Of a stretch of 64,000 nucleotides of DNA, positions 37,287 through 51,366 are shown in pieces; position 1 is the stretch's first letter; each line of letters starts with the position of its first letter. The notes beneath the pieces were generated by a model that was given only the letters and a program-made list of their open reading frames with translations, did no database searches and was not told where the DNA came from. Location: contig OZ024741.1 in the NCBI GenBank assembly GCA_964016885.1, positions 296,918,001-296,982,000 of the forward strand. The letters are read 5' to 3'. Position numbers and translations under genes: made by a program. Source of the stretch: Eledone cirrhosa (Eukaryota).

Positions 37287-37899
37287 TAATAAATAACAAA
37301 GAACGCCTATAGCATATGCATATCTTTACTTGCTAACATTGTTTCATCCGCACTATAAGTGGGACTCATCAGAGCATAAAGGTTAATTACATACCATACA
37401 AGCAATAACAAATCCAAGACATTGAAGAATGAAAAATAATAGAAGATAAAGGATATTAAGGAAGTAAAAGTAAAAATAAGAATAAAAATAAAAATAAAAA
37501 TAAAAATAAAAATAAAAATAAATTTTTTTTATTTTTATTTTTATTTTTATTTTTATTTTTATTTTTATTTTTATTTTTATTTTTATTTTTATTTTTATTT
37601 TTATTTTTATTTTTATTTTTATTTTTATTTTTATTTTTTTTTTTTTTATTTTTATTTTTATTTTTTTTTTTATTTTTATTTTTATTTTTATTTTTATTTT
37701 TATTTTTATTTTTACTTTTACTTCCTTAATATCCTTTATCTTCTATTATTTTTCATTCTTCAATGTCTTGGATTTGTTATTGCTTGTATGGTATGTAATT
37801 AACCTTTATGCTCTGATGAGTCCCACTTATAGTGCGGATGAAACAATGTTAGCAAGTAAAGATATGCATATGCTATAGGCGTTCTTTGTTATTTATTAT
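37287..37899. repeat. Fold-back of a hammerhead-containing pLTR fragment around (TAAAAA)n/(TTTTTA)n
   Basis: About 37287-37475 is the reverse complement of about 37712-37899; the repeat polarity flips at about 37522. Confidence 0.9.
37810..37853 (+). ncRNA. Minimal type I hammerhead ribozyme (mirror copy on minus at 37332-37375)
   Basis: gct-CTGATGA-gtcc-cacttatagtgc-ggat-GAAAC-aat-GTT-agc: intact core, stems I-III pair. Confidence 0.7.
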
Positions 37900-37904
37900 A
37901 TGTA

Positions 37905-37937
<33 letters not shown>

Positions 37938-38025
37938 GCATATATATATATATGAATATATGCATATGTATATATGTATATATATGTATATATGTATATA
38001 TATATATATATGCACATATATATGC

Positions 38026-38107
<82 letters not shown>

Positions 38108-38168
38108 GCATATATATATATATATATGTATGCATACATATATATGAATATATGTATATATATGTATA

Positions 38169-38766
38169 TACAATATGTTGAAAAGGTAACACACTAGAGA
38201 GATATACAGTGCGCTATCAATAATACAGGAAAAAACCACCAGTGTATGGAATCTATAACCTATGAAAGGCAGACTATAGACACGATAATTAAAAGTATAA
38301 ATTAAAGCATAAATAAATACCTCTATAACTATATAACACACGTACAAATCCAAAGAGATCTGTTTCGCCAGTAAGTTGTTGACAGAAATGAAATAACCCA
38401 GGTTCATCAGCGCGTGTAAGGCCATACATTTCAGACAACACTAAGAAATTTTTTAAAGCGACCGTCCAGCTACACGTGGGAGAGATAAGTCACAGTGTGT
38501 TTAAGGGCAGTGAACCAGTGGCCTCTGAGGGACGAGCTGCTAGAAAAGGCAGCCCAAAACCACTCAGAGAAGTGTGCTCAACCAAACGGAGCGAGAGAGA
38601 AAAGACTGTTATAAGAAGCGAAATATGACGATAAATTAACGGAGCATTAGACTCTCGCCGTTCCCTGTAAATAATGTGCTCAAAGGAGTGGAAATCCCGA
38701 GCTCTTTAAAATACAATATGTTGAAAAGGTAACACAGTAGAGAGAGATACAGTGCGCTATCAATAA
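38169..38766 (-). mobile_element. Probable pLTR relic with partial direct repeat and degenerate hammerhead
   Basis: 38169-38224 repeats at 38711-38766; minus strand has CTGATGA...ggc-GAAAC at 38356-38413. Confidence 0.45.
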
Positions 38767-39409
38767 ATTGTACTATATATATGTATATATGTATATATGC
38801 ATATATATATATGTGTATATATGAATATATATATATATATGAATATATGCAAATATATATATATGTATATATATGTATATATGTATATATATATATCATC
38901 ATCACCGTTTATTTATATTCATATATATATATATATGAATATATGCATATATATATATATGTGTATATATGAATATATGCATATATATATATATGTGTAT
39001 ATATGCATATATATATGTGTATATATGCATATATATATATGTATATTTGCATATATGTATGTATATATGTATATATATATATGTATATATATATATGTAT
39101 ATATGGATATATATATATATGTATATATGCATATATATATAAGTATATATGCATATATATATATGTATATATGCATATATATATATATATATGTATATAT
39201 GCATATATATATGTGTATATATGCATGTATATATGTATATATGCATATATGCATATATGCATGTATATATGTATATATGTATATATGTATATATGTATAT
39301 ATATATGTATATATGTATATATGCATATATGCATATATATATTTGTATATATCTATATATATATATGTATATATGCATATATATATATGTATATATATAT
39401 ATGTATATG

Positions 39410-40779
39410 TGAGTTCAAGACCGGCTGCCCATGGGAACTCCTATACGCAGATGATCTAACGCTCATAGCTGAATCAATCGCTGAACTAGAGAAGAAATTC
39501 CAAACATGGAAGCATGGCCTAGAATCAAAAGGCCTTAAAGTTAACTTGTCTAAGACTAAAGTCCTAGTTTGTAGAAAGGAAAATAAGGCACAGGTACCCT
39601 CAGGGAAATGGCCATGCTCAGTGTGTAGGAAAGGAGTAGGCAGAAATTCAAATGCAAAGTCTGGGTACATAAAATATGTAGTGGGATCACAGGTAAACTA
39701 TCTAAGAACGTAGACTTTATATGTGGCCGATGCTCAGGTGCAATAGGTAGCAAGCGCCCACAGGATACTAGCTTCTTCTATTGCCCAGATGGTTCTATAG
39801 AAATAGTAGACACTTTCCGTTACCTGGGTGACGAAATCAGCAGCGGTGGAGGGTGTTCTGAAGGTACAGTAGCCAGAGTCAGAACGGGATGGGAAAAGTT
39901 CAGAGAGCTTATACCGCTGTTGGTCACAAAAGATTTCTCTCTAAAAATGAAAGGCAGATTGTATGATGCTTGTATACGAACAGCAATGCTACATGGCAGT
40001 GAGACATGGGCATTATGTGCAGAGGACCTGCGCAGACTGGAAAGGAACGAAGCATGCATGTTCCGTTGGATGTGTAATAGTAATATACGTGAACAGCAAA
40101 GCATAAATGAACTAAGTGAGAAATTAGGAATAAGAGAGATCAGATACTGTTTATTTGAGAGAAGACTACCTTGGTATGGCCACGTGATGCGCATGAAAGA
40201 CGACAGCTGTATAAAAAAGTGCAGGGCGATCAAAATTGATGGTAGTTATGGAGTAGGTAGACCCAGAAAAACCTGGGACGATGTGATAAATTCCGACCTT
40301 ACATACTTGCACCTCTCTAAGACAATGTCACTGGACCGAGATCTTTGGCGCTTCGCAGTAATACAGGAGACCCGCCTTGCCTATGTACAAAGCGAAACCT
40401 ACAGTCAGTAGGCACCTCTTAACCAAATATACACCCCAATCCACTACCCCTACCCTATCCTCCCACTCCCACCAACACCACCCTCTCTCTATAAAGTTGG
40501 TACCACAACATCCAATCCAAATAAATGAGATCATGAGATCGAGATCGTGTAGGTGGCACAAGAAAAAACACACAGTCCACGCTGTAATGTGGCCGTGTAG
40601 GTAACACGGTAAAAAGTTCCCAGTTCCACACTGTAAATGTGGTTGGTGTTAGGAAGGGCATCCAGCCGTAGAAAACCTGCCAGATAGTCCTATATGAGCG
40701 AGACACGGTCACCCGACCAACTCCCGTCTAACCCATGCTAGCGTGGAAAATGGACGTTAAACGAAGATGATGATGATGA

Positions 40780-40783
<4 letters not shown>
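39410..40783 (+). mobile_element. 5'-truncated, frameshifted RTE LINE (family of 1-2377)
   Basis: Runs from [15 protein letters not shown] to the 3' UTR and (GAT)n; flanked by (TA)n. Confidence 0.9.
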
Positions 40784-40866
<83 letters not shown>

Positions 40867-41484
40867 CATACATACATATATACATACATACATTTACATA
40901 TGTATATAGCTATACATTTATATATTTGTATATACGCATGCATTTATATTTAAGTGTGTGTATATGTGCCTATAATGATGTTGACATAATTTATGTGTTG
41001 TTTTTTTTGGTAAGGAGAGATTTTATTACCTAGAGAGATTAACTACCCCAGTTTTTCAACCTCATCAAGTACCAACGATAGATTCGATATTATGTGAGAT
41101 AATTATGTGAGGTAAAGCCTTTACCATGAAAATACAATAGTATATATAGAGTAATGTAAATGACAACTAATTATGCTCTGCCCCACCCACACCTCCCCTC
41201 TCTCTTATCCTTTTCACCCCTCTTTCACCCTATGCTCACCCTCTCTCCCTCTTTCTATCCCTCTTTCTCTCTCTCTCTATATATATATATATATACCCCC
41301 CCCCCTCATCTCTCTTATCTTTCTTTAAACAAAGCGATATTAAAAGAGCTGTTACATGTACCTTTACCATCACTGACAACGACAGCAACAACAAAAATTG
41401 TGCGTTCTTTCTACTTCTATTTATTTTTATAATGTTTATTTTGGTGTACAATAAGTCAGTAAATACTATTAATATTATACTTAC

Positions 41485-41529
<45 letters not shown>

Positions 41530-41747
41530 CTTCTGGTTTTATAATTTCACAGATTTTTGCCAATAGAGAGAGAGTCGGTTTCTAACATAGTTACAACACT
41601 CTCATTGGAATTTTACACAACATCAACGAGGTAAATATGTCTGCATGTCTGCATGCATGTGTGTGCAGGTATGGATGTTATTGTATGTGTGGATGTATAT
41701 GTTTTGCATGTGCATATACTTTGTATCTGTACAAGTGTATATGCAGT

Positions 41748-43780
41748 TATTAAATGCAGAATGTTTGGAAGGTTTTACATATTTTTTCTGTTTCATTAAT
41801 GGATTGTACTTGTAATTTCCTAACTCGCCATGTTCTTTTTGTTTCTGTGAATCCCAGCTTCTCAAGATTTATACTGAGGCAGTTACTAACATATCCCAGT
41901 GCCCCAATAATCACAGGCATAAATCTGAAGGTATAGTCAAGGTGGAGTATCTGCAGATTTCTCATCAGTTCTGCATAAATATTCTCCTTTTCGCTAATCT
42001 TTGATATTATATTGGCATCTGCTGGGAAGCTAACTTCCACTACTGTGTATGCCTTCTTTTCCCTGTCCCATATCATTATATCTGGTCTGTTATGCCTGCA
42101 TTTTATTGGGGTTTTTACTGGAACATTCCACCAGTACTCTTTCATATTATGTATATGTATGTCTTCCACATTACTGTAGTTTTTAATGTGTTTATTATCG
42201 GGGATATCTTTTCTACGGATTGCATTGGCCACTACATCATACCTCATAGTTAGATAGTACCACGATGGCATCTTTGGACAGCTGCTTATGACATGGATGA
42301 CATCTTCGATTTTAATTCTGCAGAGTCTGCACTTGTTGTCACATCTAGGTGTTTTGCCTGCATCCCTATCTCTTTTGTGAATCAAGTATTTTGTGTTGAT
42401 TTCCTCTTCTTGGATTGCAAAAGTGTATCCTTCAAAGTGGGAGCCAATATAGCGGTTGTTGGTCCAAGATAGACTACTTTCCTTATCTATATTACTATCA
42501 CTCTGGAACTTCCTGGCAACATATCCATGCATGATTTCTTGCTGATAAGCATACAGTTTTTCATTCATGGATTCACTGGGGTACTGCTAGACAACGTGTC
42601 AGTTTTTGATTATCATGCAGGGAATCTCTTTCAAGGAGTTCCTTCCCAACTCTCATGATCTTATCTGTCTCATGCAGATAGACTTGCTCGAGAGATGGAT
42701 TCCTACGCTTCAAGGTTCGTAAATGTTCTCGGAGGGATATGATGCGACATTCAAATGCTGTCTGGACTGATGTTAGGCCTCTGCCTCCCTGCTTACGTTT
42801 CAAGTAGGGGTGGTCTATGTCACTGTTGATGTGGAAGTTTCCGGTGTTGTTTAGTATTTTTCGAGTCCTAACATCAGTTGCTAGGATTTCATCTATCATC
42901 CAATCGAGTATTCGAAACGTTGGTGTTAGGACAGGTACAGCAAACATTGTGAGTCACTGTTTTATTGTGTGCAGAGAGTTCCAATGACCATATTTTTCTT
43001 AATCGGGTGTAGTATTCCCTAGTTACGCGTTCCTTATTACAGATACCATTATAGGATATGTTCTCATCTATCCTCAGGTATCTGTAGCAGTCCTCATCAG
43101 ATATCGGTGAAACAGTTAAGCCATTGATGAAAATGTTGCTAGATTGGGTTGTAGTTTTTCCCCGCTTTACAGTCATGTATGAGCATTTATCTTGGCCAAA
43201 CTCCATTCCTATATCCTTTGAGAATGTTGTAACCAGGTCAAGATTTTTCTTCATCCCATATATGTTCTTGGCATAGAGTTTCAGATCATCCACAAAGAAA
43301 GTATGGGTTAAGTTCGTATTTCTGTCCTCCTGTGAGCCACTGATGTATCCTTCACATTTCTTGAGCAGAAAGGACAAGGGGTTTAATGACAACTTGGTTG
43401 AAATTCTTCTTTTCACCCCATAATTTTCTTCAAAAGGAATCTATGTCTTTCTGGGATGGGGCCTCAGTGACACTTATTATTTTGCCCTTCACATCTCTAT
43501 AGACTGGTGTTTGGTTTCGTCTGAATCTTTTATTGAACACTTTTCTTTCATCTACCTTCTGGTATCGGCATTTCTTGCTGACAGCTCTCAATTCTTGTTT
43601 GAGGTTGATCAGCTTATATTGAAGAGTTCTGGTTCTACTGTTACCAAACATCGTTTCTACTTTATTTTTCACTCTTTGTTAGTAAGGAGTGAAGTTTTTT
43701 TGTTTTTGTTTGCATCTAAGGAGCATTGTCACATATCCTATAGTTTTCCTAGGTCAGCAATCTTTTTTTCTATTTTAGTT
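41748..43780 (-). pseudogene. Degenerate RLE-type non-LTR retrotransposon (R4/Dong/NeSL-like)
   Basis: THTFFVDDLKLYA, GMEFGQDKC, GGRGL, CRLC..E...HVISSC, HNRPDIM, VVEVS, PVIIGALG, spread over broken frames. Confidence 0.85.
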
Positions 43781-43785
43781 ATATA

Positions 43786-44238
43786 CTAGCAAAATGGCCA
43801 GGCGTTGCTCGGGATTCTAAACATAGATTGGCATGTTTATCCCTCCTTTCTGAAACAGTACAGAGAAGTACGGAATACCTTGGCCTGGGGATGGTGTCTT
43901 CATTTTGTGCTTATAAAAAAAATTCGTCGTAGATTACCAGGGGTTTAACTTAATTGGGTGCCTGAGAGTAAAATGTTCAACCCACGAAAGCCAAGACGAT
44001 AGGGTTAAGTAAAAAGGCATTCAACAAACCGAACATGTATTTGTTGTGCTATGGTACAATGAAAGCAATAGTTACAGAGCAGTAAGCATGTGGAACTGAA
44101 GTGGTGGAGAGTGTTGTTGTCTTACTCCTTTCAACGACCATAAGTATTACATGTGTAAAGTTTGAAAACAATCGGTTGGGTGGTTCTCGAGATTTAGGGA
44201 GTCAGACAGACAGACATTCTCTGTTTTGGATATATAGA
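43786..44238 (-). mobile_element. Non-autonomous Helitron-like element (related to family A)
   Basis: ctag plus ccaggcgttgctcggg hairpin; the other end matches 11850-11958. Confidence 0.55.
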
Positions 44239-44624
44239 TGATGTTATTTTTTGTGGTGTTTTGTTTTTGTTAATATCTCTGCTATCACCAAGATAATGCT
44301 TCACTGTCGTTGCTAGGGTATATAAACAGGCGTTGATTTGCCAAAATGTTGGGGTTTTAATCTGTCGTAAATATTCATCCCCTATTTCGTCGCATCTCCC
44401 TTACCATCCTCCGGGGAAACGCCTTCTCCATTCTGTCCGCTGGGGCTGTGGAGAGGCAAGCACGTGGGCCCCCCATTTTCTCACCATACAGAGAGATAGG
44501 GGTGGGGGCGAGAGAGATAGAGGCGAGGACAGTGGGAGTTCGGCTCTTCCACGTTCCGATCATATCCTTGTGGTTGTGTTCATTATCTATAGAGTTCATT
44601 CTATTATTCAGTTGTTATCGAAAT

Positions 44625-44800
44625 AATTGTTTCTACTTTTGGCACAAGGCCAGCAATTAACCAGTGCATTACTGGTACTTTATTTTATAGACCCCGTAAA
44701 TATGAAAGGCAAAGTTAACCTCAGCGGGATTTGAACTCAGATCATAAAGGGCCGTAACTCTTTGCTGCAAAGCATGGCGTCCGTCTACCGGTGAAATAAC
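44625..44800 (-). mobile_element. SINE copy
   Basis: Same core as 33180-33298, reversed. Confidence 0.65.
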
Positions 44801-44838
44801 ACGTAAGATTTCATTATTTGGTTTTATTTTATTTAGCA

Positions 44839-45789
44839 CTAACAGTAAAGCCCGGCGTTGCTCGGGGTCGCTCAGTAGCTGTGTTAAAGTTACAATGTTA
44901 AGTTTCTTTCTTGGCTTAAAAACTGTAGTGTCTACTGTGCAGACTTGCATGTGGTGTTTTTGATTAATATTCCCTCAACCAACAATATGCCTTATGAAGT
45001 TAAGAAAACATAACGATAACCCGAATGTTATAACAAAAGAGGATGCTGGGGATAGAAACTGCACTGGTTATTTATTAACAAAGATCGAAAATGTAAACAC
45101 TGCAACGCAGAGAAAAACATTAGCGTAACCAAATTATCAGTTATGTCTGTCTGCACGCCTATATCACCTCTCTGCACGACTGTCTGTCTGCACGCCTATA
45201 TCACCTCTCTGCACGACTGTCTGTCTGCACGCCTATATCACCTCTCTGCACGACTGTCTGTCTGCACGCCTATATCACCTCTCTGCACGACTATCTGTCT
45301 GCACGCGTATATCACCTCTCTGCACGACTGTCTGTCTGCACGACTGTCTGTCTGCACGCCTAACGACGAAATATTTGCTTGTTTTACGTAGTCTTTAAAT
45401 AGACTTGTTTTCAAGTAAAAATATTGTTTTAAAATGCTTTTAAATGGAAATGAAGCAAAACGGAAGCTTAGTGTTCGAACTGATGAATTTTGCAGGTCAA
45501 TATTTTGCTGGCTCGACAACTGTTAAAGCCAGCGTAATTTTTTACGTAAGACGCTCAATGTAAACAGAACAAAGGGAAATAACTGATAACTTACGCTCAA
45601 AAATCGATACATTATATTCGATTTCGTCACATAGGGTGGGTCAATTTGAAATATTTTTTTTCCGATGTCTTCGCTAGGGCTCAATGTACAAGTATAGCAA
45701 TTTCGGTGCAATTCCGTGAGAGATTCTAAGAGGAGATGTGTGCCAAAAATCGATAGACAGACAGACAACCACAGTTTTATATATATAGA
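44839..45789 (-). mobile_element. Non-autonomous Helitron-like element, family B
   Basis: Near-identical to 17016-18001, differing in minisatellite copy number and two small deletions. Confidence 0.78.
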
Positions 45790-45889
45790 TTGTTGTTTTA
45801 TTACGTTCAGCAAGAGAAATGTTTATACATGAATTAATTTGGCCTTGGAAGATTTCGTTGAAGGAAATTTTCAATTGTTTATACTTTTG

Positions 45890-45927
<38 letters not shown>

Positions 45928-48900
45928 TCTTTGAGTCTCAGTCATTGATGTTAGTTAATTGGAAAGTTTGTTGAAATGAATATCAAGCCACTACCTGCAG
46001 CCTCAGGTATTCAGGACGTATCGGAGGGTTCTTGCTGTTCCCAGCAAGCATGCCTTTTGAAGCGTTCCAAAAAGCGTGAAGGGGCCAATTTTCTTTAACC
46101 ATCCCTGGAAACTTTTTGAGATAGTCCCTAGTGCGCCTATGACAATCGGGATCACTTTGACTTAATGGCAATTCCAAATCCTTTTTACCTCCCACTTTAA
46201 GTCCTGGTATCGGTTAATTTTCTCCCTCTCCTTCTCTTGCACTCTCGTGTCGAATGGGCAGGCCACATCCACAATCAGGCACGATCTTTTTTCTTTGTCC
46301 ACAACCACCAGGTCAGGTCTATTGTGTTCCAGTTTCTTGTCCGTATGTATCCTAAAATCCCACAGCACCTTCACCTGATCGTTTTCTATCACCGACTCTG
46401 GCTTATGCTCATACCACTTCTCAGAATGTGGTAGATTGTTTACTTTGCATAGGTGCCAGTGGATCACCCTGCCCATCACATCATGTCTCCAGCCTTTATA
46501 GTGAGTCTGGGCTAGGTGTTTACACTCGGATACAATGTGAGCCACAGTCTCCTCTCTCTCTCCACAGATCCTGCACAGTGGGCTAGCCTCCTCCTTGTAA
46601 ATATGGTGTTTCAACCACTTCGTTTTGAGGGCCTGCTCCTGCGCAGCCATTAACATTCCTTCTGTAGCCTTTTTAAGGTCTCCTATTTTCAACCAGTTCC
46701 ATGTCTGTGGATCTCTAAATTCAGTTTTCTCAAAGAAGGTACTATGAAGGGATTTTTCCTGAAGGCTGCTCTTTCTCCTTGATGTTATTTCCTCCTTGGA
46801 CATCCCCTGGCCTATTGTCCCCTCCTTCAGTACAGTTATGAGCATTGGCTCCTTACTATCAGTCATGTATTTGTGTAGGTTGTTTTTCTCCATCTGAACA
46901 CAGTCCTCTATGCTGATAAGATCTCTTCCACCTTCAGATCTCCTTAAGTAGAGTCTATCGACATCACTCCTCTTGTGGAACATGTTGTAGATAGTCAATA
47001 GCTTCCTAGTCTTCCTATCCATTTCTTTTTGTTCAGCAACATTCCATCTCAGAATTCCCGCACTGTACCTAATAATAGACACAGCTCGGGAATTTACTGC
47101 ACTTATGGCATTCCTACTGTTCAGATGTGACTTTAATACGCTCCTTACTCTCCGAATGTATTCAGTTCTTATCAATTCCTTCATTTTTTTGTTCTTGATG
47201 TCATCAGTCTCCAGAACACCCAAATACTTGTATCCTTCTTCAGAGTCAATTTCCTTTATCATCTCACCTGTTGGTACCTGGATTCCGTTACTTCTGCTCA
47301 ACTTACCCCTCTTCATCACAATGACTCCACACTTACTAATACCAAATTGCATACATATATCATTGCTGAAAATACGGACAGTGTCAACAAGCACATCCAA
47401 CTCCTTCTCACTCTTCCCGAAGAGCTTAAGATCGTCCATGAAGAGGAGGTGATTGATGGTAAGCGCTCCCTTTCCCAACCTGTATCCTGCTTTCACTTTT
47501 CGCAGTACACTGGTCAGGGTCATCAGGGCAAGGACAAACAACAGAGGGGACAGACTATCTCCCTGGAAGATACCTCTCTTGATCTTCACGCTTCCCAAGG
47601 ATTCTCCAGTTGATGTTAACTCTGTTTCCCAGGACTTCATACTTTTGCCCAACAACTGTCTGATGTTATCTGCCACCTTGAAGATCTCCAGGCTTTTGGT
47701 GATCCAAGAATGAGGCACCATGTCAAATGCCTTTTTGTAGTCTATCCATCCCATGGCAAGACCAGTGTGTCTCCTCTTGCAATTCCTCATTACCATATTA
47801 TCAATAAGTAACTGGTCCTTTGAACCACGTGACTTCTTTCGGCATCCTTTCTGTTCGTCCGGTAACAAGTTGTTTGTGTGGAGGTGGTGGTAGATTTCCT
47901 CAGACATAATGCTTGTCAACAGTTTCCACATTACGGACAGACATGTGATAGGTCTATAGTTGGTAACATCATTACCCTTGATTCGGTCTTTCATTATCAG
48001 AACTGTGGTACCTTTTGTCAACCACTCTGGTACCTCACCTGACATCAAGCAGTCATTGAACATGGTTGTCAGTTTCGGGTGGAGGGATGTTATATTTTTA
48101 ATCCAATACCCCTGCACACCATCTGGGCCTGGTGATTTCCAGTTGGTTAGTTTTTTGGCCTGCCCCTTAAGAGTTTCAACTGTGATACTCAAATCAGTTT
48201 GTTGGTGTGCCTGTTCACTAATCTCCTTCTGTACTGTCTCAATCCACACTGCCTGGTCATTATGTTTAACATCCTGCTCCCATATTCCTCTCCAGAATGT
48301 TTTAGTTTGTTCCGCCTCAGGGATCAAGTCGTTGCCTCTTTCTTTCCCTTCAAGCTGTCCAAACAGCATCTTCTGGTTGTTGTCGAACATGCGGTTCTGT
48401 CTATACTGACTGACTCTGTTCTCGTATCGCCTGATTTTTGCACTTTTTGCTACAATGCGTTGCTTCAGTTCCTCTATGATAATATTTAGCTTTTTCCTCC
48501 TAGTTTTGTACTTTATTTCCAGTCTATTTTTAGTGTCTATGTTTTTTAGTGTCCCATTCAGTAGGGACTCAAGCTTTCCAATGTCATTTCTCATTTCCCT
48601 GATTTGACCACTCAGTCGTTTCTTCCACCAAGGCTCTGCTCTTTCTTGTCTGTTGTTTCCTCTCGCTTTTATACCAAGTAGTTTCCTCACCGTATTTGCT
48701 GTTGCTTTGAGGATATTGTTGCACTGGTGTAGGCTCCTCGCCTCAAGGTATGGGATGACTTTGTTTACCTTAGCTGTTGTTTCTTTTAACTTTTTCCTGT
48801 CTACAAATCTTAGGTTCATAGGTCTCCCACTATCATTGTTCAATTCATCTACCACTAAGTTTAGGATATCAACCAAATCTTGTCCTAGCCCGTCAGCATT

Positions 48901-49545
48901 CATCTCCTCAGTGGCCGTATCTCTGTTCCAGGTATTATTTATCTCAGCATTCAGACCATTGTCTGCTTCGAGTGGTTCCTACGTTCTCTTGACCTCTTCA
49001 CCTTCATTTCCCACTGGCTCGTTTGCCTGGCATACTCCATTCTCCATCTCCAAGCTAATCTCTCTGCTCAGTTCCTCCAGTTCCAGCTCGCTTATCCACC
49101 CATTAGTTCTTATTACCCGAGCCTGCCCGGCCAATTTTTGTTCATCTAATTTAAATAGACCAATCTCGTTCCAGATATTATGCATCCGTTTCCTATAGCC
49201 TTTCTCCTTGGGGTTACTCTTCAGGTAACATTGCATAACAGTTCTATTCAATTCTTTCGTCCAGTTGGTTCTGGTCCCTTTCCTTCTTCTTCCTCCGACA
49301 CCAGCAGTATTTGGTTGACAGCCAGGTCCCTGCTGCTGAGCCAGGGAGCACCTGTTGGGTGAGAGTCTGTCACATGACATTCTAGTCTCCATTTCACCGT
49401 TATTCGAACTGTTTAGGTTCGACATTTAAACACTCTTATCGAGGATTGGCGAATGTATGGTTACATAACCACCGGTGATTTCATCACCTCCGGTGATTTC
49501 GTCACTCCACGTGATTTTTGTGTGGCATTATCACGCTGTAGACGA
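45890..49545 (-). mobile_element. Full-length R4/Dong-like RLE non-LTR retrotransposon with (TAA)n 3' end
   Basis: Single frame 49425 to 46003; N-terminal WTKELN..VMQCY..GYRKRM..IW; RT FMDD; CCHC; RPD..D RLE; (TAA)n at 45890-45926. Confidence 0.9.
46003..49425 (-). pseudogene. R4/Dong-type RT-RLE ORF with two in-frame stops (TAG 48979-48981, TAA 46162-46164)
   Basis: The three segments share one frame. After the second stop it reads VKVIPIVIGALG...LQKACLLGTARTLRYVLNT*. Confidence 0.85.
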
Positions 49546-50808
49546 AGATAAATAAACAAACAAACAAACAGGCAAAAAAAAACCCAAAAATTAATAGGCA
49601 TAAGTTTCATTGTAATGTAATGTTTGAATGTCTGACTTAGTTTTTCCCCTCCCTTCTCTGTCCGTCTGTTTGTTTTTCTCTTCATTTTTCTTTTCTTTAC
49701 GTTTTTCGTTGTTGCTGTGCTGCTTTGATTTTTATTTTTGTTATTTTTATTTTGACCGGGTCATCAATTCAGTCTATTTATATATTTTGATGCCTTCCTC
49801 TTTTAGTGGGGGCACTACGATGTAGCAGGGGGTAGCGGGAGAGAATAGCGGCGGTAGTGATAATGAGGCAGTGGTGGTGGTGGTGGTGGCGGTGCTGTGC
49901 TAGCAGCAACTAGCAGGAGGTAGTGGGAGAGAATAGCGGCGGTAGCGATAATGAGGCAGTGGTGGTGGTGATGTGATCGTAGTACTGTAGTGATGGTGTT
50001 GAAGTTGGAGTAGAAATAGCGGTTGGGTCGACTTGACCAGAGTTTTCATCGTGGTAGTGGTGGTGGTGTTGGTGGTGAAATTATCTTTAGTTATTTAGTC
50101 ATTTTGTCATTTTTCTCCTTTTCGACTCTAACATTCCTGATCCAAAATTAAATATTAATCCTGTTTATTAATATTGTCTAGTGGTACCGCCATCTTCCCC
50201 TTTCGTAACTTAACATTATCAACTCAGAGGGAATATCACCACTTCCTGATAAAGTGAAGGCTCTTCAAGAACTCCCTCCGCCTACTTCCTTGCGACAGCT
50301 ATGACAGTTCCTTGGTCTCTTGAATTACTGCAGCCGATTTATTCCGCATTGCGCAGAACACTTGTCTCCACTGTCCGATCTGTTACGCGACAGAAAAAAG
50401 AAGAATGAACCTATTTCTTTGGGTCCAATGCAGCTTGAGGCATTCTCTAAAGTCAAACTTGAATTAGCTAACGCATCTCTTCTTGCACACCCTGTGTCTG
50501 ATGCCCAGCTTTCGTTGGTCGTTGATGCATCGAACACAACTGTAGGTGCAGTTTTCCAGCAGCATCACCAGCAACAGCTACAACCTCTTGCTTTCTTTTC
50601 AAAGCGGCTAAAGCCCACCGAAACCCGCTATAGCACTTTCTGCCGCGAACTTTTAGCTATTTTCCTGGCTGTCAAACACTTTTGACATTTACGGGAAGCC
50701 CGGGAATTTACGATCTTTACCGACCATCGTCCGCTTACATTCGCACTTCGTTCCAAGCTGGACAAATACTCGCCTCGGGAAATTCGACATTTGGACTTCA
50801 TTTCCCAG

Positions 50809-51226
50809 TTTAGGAGATTAGTATCAGTGTATATAAATATTATCAAGAATGACAATAATTGCAGGTGAGTGTTGTGACATGGTTTTATTTCACAGAAGTC
50901 AAATAAATTGATATAAATAATTGTTACCACGTGTTGATGTTCAGTTGGTCACAACTTCCAGACTGGAGTGTGTAGAGAACAGAAATCTTCTCTTGGTAAG
51001 GATCTTCTTGTTCCTTCGAAGTTCGGGATGCGAGAGAGAGTTATGCCTTGATTGTCCTCAAATATATAGTTCCCAGGGGGACGCAACTCCATTTAGTACA
51101 TGAATCTGCCAATGGGAGTCGCAACCGTCGCAAAGGGACGTAACTCCTATACGTGCTGAGTTACGACCGTCGTAAAGGGACGCAACTCCTATACGTGCTG
51201 AATCACAGCCGTAAGGGGCCGCTACA
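50809..51226 (-). repeat. 3' LTR
   Basis: Direct repeat of 55290-55698 with few differences; internal ~42-bp tandem repeats. Confidence 0.92.
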
Positions 51227-51366
51227 GTACCCTCCTCCAGACGCTAGGCGAAAAGCCCGAAGGTAACTGTAGCGAACCCACAAGCATGGGCTCCCAGCAC
51301 AGGCATGAAATGGTAACGAAAAGGTACATGGTAATACAATAAAGCGAAAAACAGAAAAAAAAAGGC

